Shown here: positions 62,679-64,000 of the stretch, piece after piece | Layout of the letters: the number at the start of each line of letters is the position of its first letter | Position numbering within the stretch: position 1 is the stretch's first letter | Assembly (NCBI GenBank): GCA_964619675.1 | Contig: CAZUEO010000009.1 | Span: forward strand, 139 to 64,138 | Length of the DNA stretch: 64,000 bases | Source: an uncultured Planctomycetaceae bacterium | Lineage (GTDB): Bacteria; Planctomycetota; Phycisphaerae; Sedimentisphaerales; UBA12454 | Direction of reading: 5' to 3' | Notes under the pieces: model-generated | Database searches by the model: none | What the model saw: the letters and a program-made list of their open reading frames with translations, nothing else | What the model was told of the DNA's origin: nothing | Translations under genes and position numbers: made by a program

Positions 62679-63599
62679 ATGAAAAAGGCAAATATAATTG
62701 TAATGTGGATAACCGGCATAGTTTTGCTGGTTGCGTCAGCGTTAAAGATTCATCAACTGCTTACCGAGCCGATTATCAGTAAAACTTTTTGGGAGTCGTG
62801 GGAATTTTTTCTTATTCAAATACCGCTTGAGGCAGGTCTCGGTATCTGGCTGATAAGCGGCCTGTTCAGGAAGGCCGGCTGGCTGATCGTATTAATCGCC
62901 TTCGGCGGATTTATCGGTGTTACATTATATAAAGGTTTTATCGGTGCCGAGTCCTGTGGCTGTTTCGGTGCTGTTCACGTTAATCCCTGGGTTACGCTTG
63001 CTGCAGTTGATATCCCAATATTTATATTACTCGTGATTTTCAGGCCTAAAGGCTGCAAATTATTTCCCCCGCCATGGCCTAAACCGGCTCACTTCTTCGC
63101 TATTGCTATACCGACTTTTATTCTGCTGCCGGCGATTGAATATATCCTTATCACAAACAAGCCGCCGCTGAAGACCGACAAATACGAAGTTGTCGACACA
63201 AATGAGTGGACAACGTCAGAGCAGAATCTCTGGCCGATGCTGGAATACGTTGATATAAGAGAGCAGTTACAGACCGGCCTGTGGGTGATATTGATGTATC
63301 ATTATGACTGTCCCGATTGCGCCCAAGCGATACCGGAATACGAGCAAATACACAAATCGCTTAAAGGCAATGAAAACGCAATAAACTTTGCTTTTATTGA
63401 GATACCGCCATACGGCAATGAAAAACAGCAGATGGTAAGTCCCGACAGCGAGGTCGTCTGCGGCAGATTAAGCGACAAAAAGAAATGGTTTTTACAGACG
63501 CCTGTGGCTGTCGTTCTCGATAACGGCCAAGCTCTCAAGGCCTGGGAAGGCACAGCTCCCGACTTTGACGAACTTCTCAATGCCGTCTTCGGCCAATAA
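62679..63599 (+). CDS. MauE/DoxX-like membrane domain fused to a thioredoxin-like CxxC domain
   Basis: Four N-terminal TM helices (VASALKIHQLL...) and a C-terminal soluble domain with YHYDCPDCAQ. Confidence 0.5.
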   Translation: MKKANIIVMWITGIVLLVASALKIHQLLTEPIISKTFWESWEFFLIQIPLEAGLGIWLISGLFRKAGWLIVLIAFGGFIGVTLYKGFIGAESCGCFGAVHVNPWVTLAAVDIPIFILLVIFRPKGCKLFPPPWPKPAHFFAIAIPTFILLPAIEYILITNKPPLKTDKYEVVDTNEWTTSEQNLWPMLEYVDIREQLQTGLWVILMYHYDCPDCAQAIPEYEQIHKSLKGNENAINFAFIEIPPYGNEKQQMVSPDSEVVCGRLSDKKKWFLQTPVAVVLDNGQALKAWEGTAPDFDELLNAVFGQ

Positions 63600-63600
63600 A

Positions 63601-63987
63601 CTAAAGTTTCAATTCGATTGAATCCGTGAGATGTTTACCTTCAGCGGTGAAGCAGACTGCCTGCAAAACATACGTTTTATCGCCTGCGAGGTCAATATCA
63701 AGATTAAGCTCAAACTTATAGCATCGCAGGTAATCCTGCCAAAAGCTGTAGTTTGTTTTTGCATCGGCAAGATTTACATCCGGCCAGAGATATAATCTTG
63801 TGCCCTTCGACTTAGACGAGCGCGGCACATATTCGTAAAGCTCAAACCGCCAGATACCTGCCGTTTTTATACGTGCACCAAACTGGTCGAGCATATCAAT
63901 ATAAGCGGCTATCTGCCAGTTTTGGGTAAATTCGGCAAGCTGGTTGAATCTGATTTTTTCCGGAACAAAAAGGCACTTTTTCTGCAT
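63601..63987 (-). CDS. hypothetical protein (may extend upstream beyond the window)
   Basis: 128-aa ORF with no recognisable motif. The frame stays open upstream of ATG 63987 to the window edge. Confidence 0.35.
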   Translation of the reverse strand: MQKKCLFVPEKIRFNQLAEFTQNWQIAAYIDMLDQFGARIKTAGIWRFELYEYVPRSSKSKGTRLYLWPDVNLADAKTNYSFWQDYLRCYKFELNLDIDLAGDKTYVLQAVCFTAEGKHLTDSIELKL

Positions 63988-64000
63988 TTCGACGGCTGGA

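Overview
This is a 64-kb chromosomal window of mostly housekeeping genes, interrupted by three accessory patches. Core genes called from conserved motifs: tilS 3' end, gap-pgk-rpe, accD, hisC-hisB-ispF-cysS-ruvC-ruvA-ruvB, a cell-wall amidase, zupT, manA, a DtxR-feoA-feoB operon, dxr-rseP, fhs-folD, P5C dehydrogenase, a murC-murB-ddl-ftsQ dcw fragment, and rmuC. The lineage looks like a PVC/Planctomycetota-like (Phycisphaerae-type) anaerobe; this is inference only. It rests on PEP-CTERM proteins, a GLUG + dockerin-like protein, a DUF11/OmcB-like Cys-rich protein, a dcw cluster that stops at ftsQ, and abundant low-complexity intergenic repeats. Patch 1 (19.7-34.7 kb) is two convergent operons. 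They encode GtrB/ArnC-type GT2s, three large polytopic GT-C/YfhO-like proteins, a GT4, a flippase-like protein and five SAM-methyltransferase domains, two of them in mirrored MT-GT2 / GT2-MT fusions. The minus-strand half runs on from PocR/AraC-dxr-rseP. Patch 2 (40.8-44.4 kb) holds a translationally coupled Vsr/PD-(D/E)xK-like small protein and a pentapeptide-repeat/ion-channel fusion. Next to them is a 2.1-kb coding desert built from nested repeat families, with one unique, highly structured segment (candidate ncRNA). Patch 3 (47.1-49.4 kb) holds an MNT/HEPN toxin-antitoxin cassette bracketed by the intact folD 3' end and a divergent remnant copy of it. It is followed by an AbiV-like + HUH/Y1 transposase-like gene pair enclosed by perfect 27-bp inverted repeats. 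I recognised no rRNA, tRNA or CRISPR array. Function calls come from motif recognition by eye; no database search was run.
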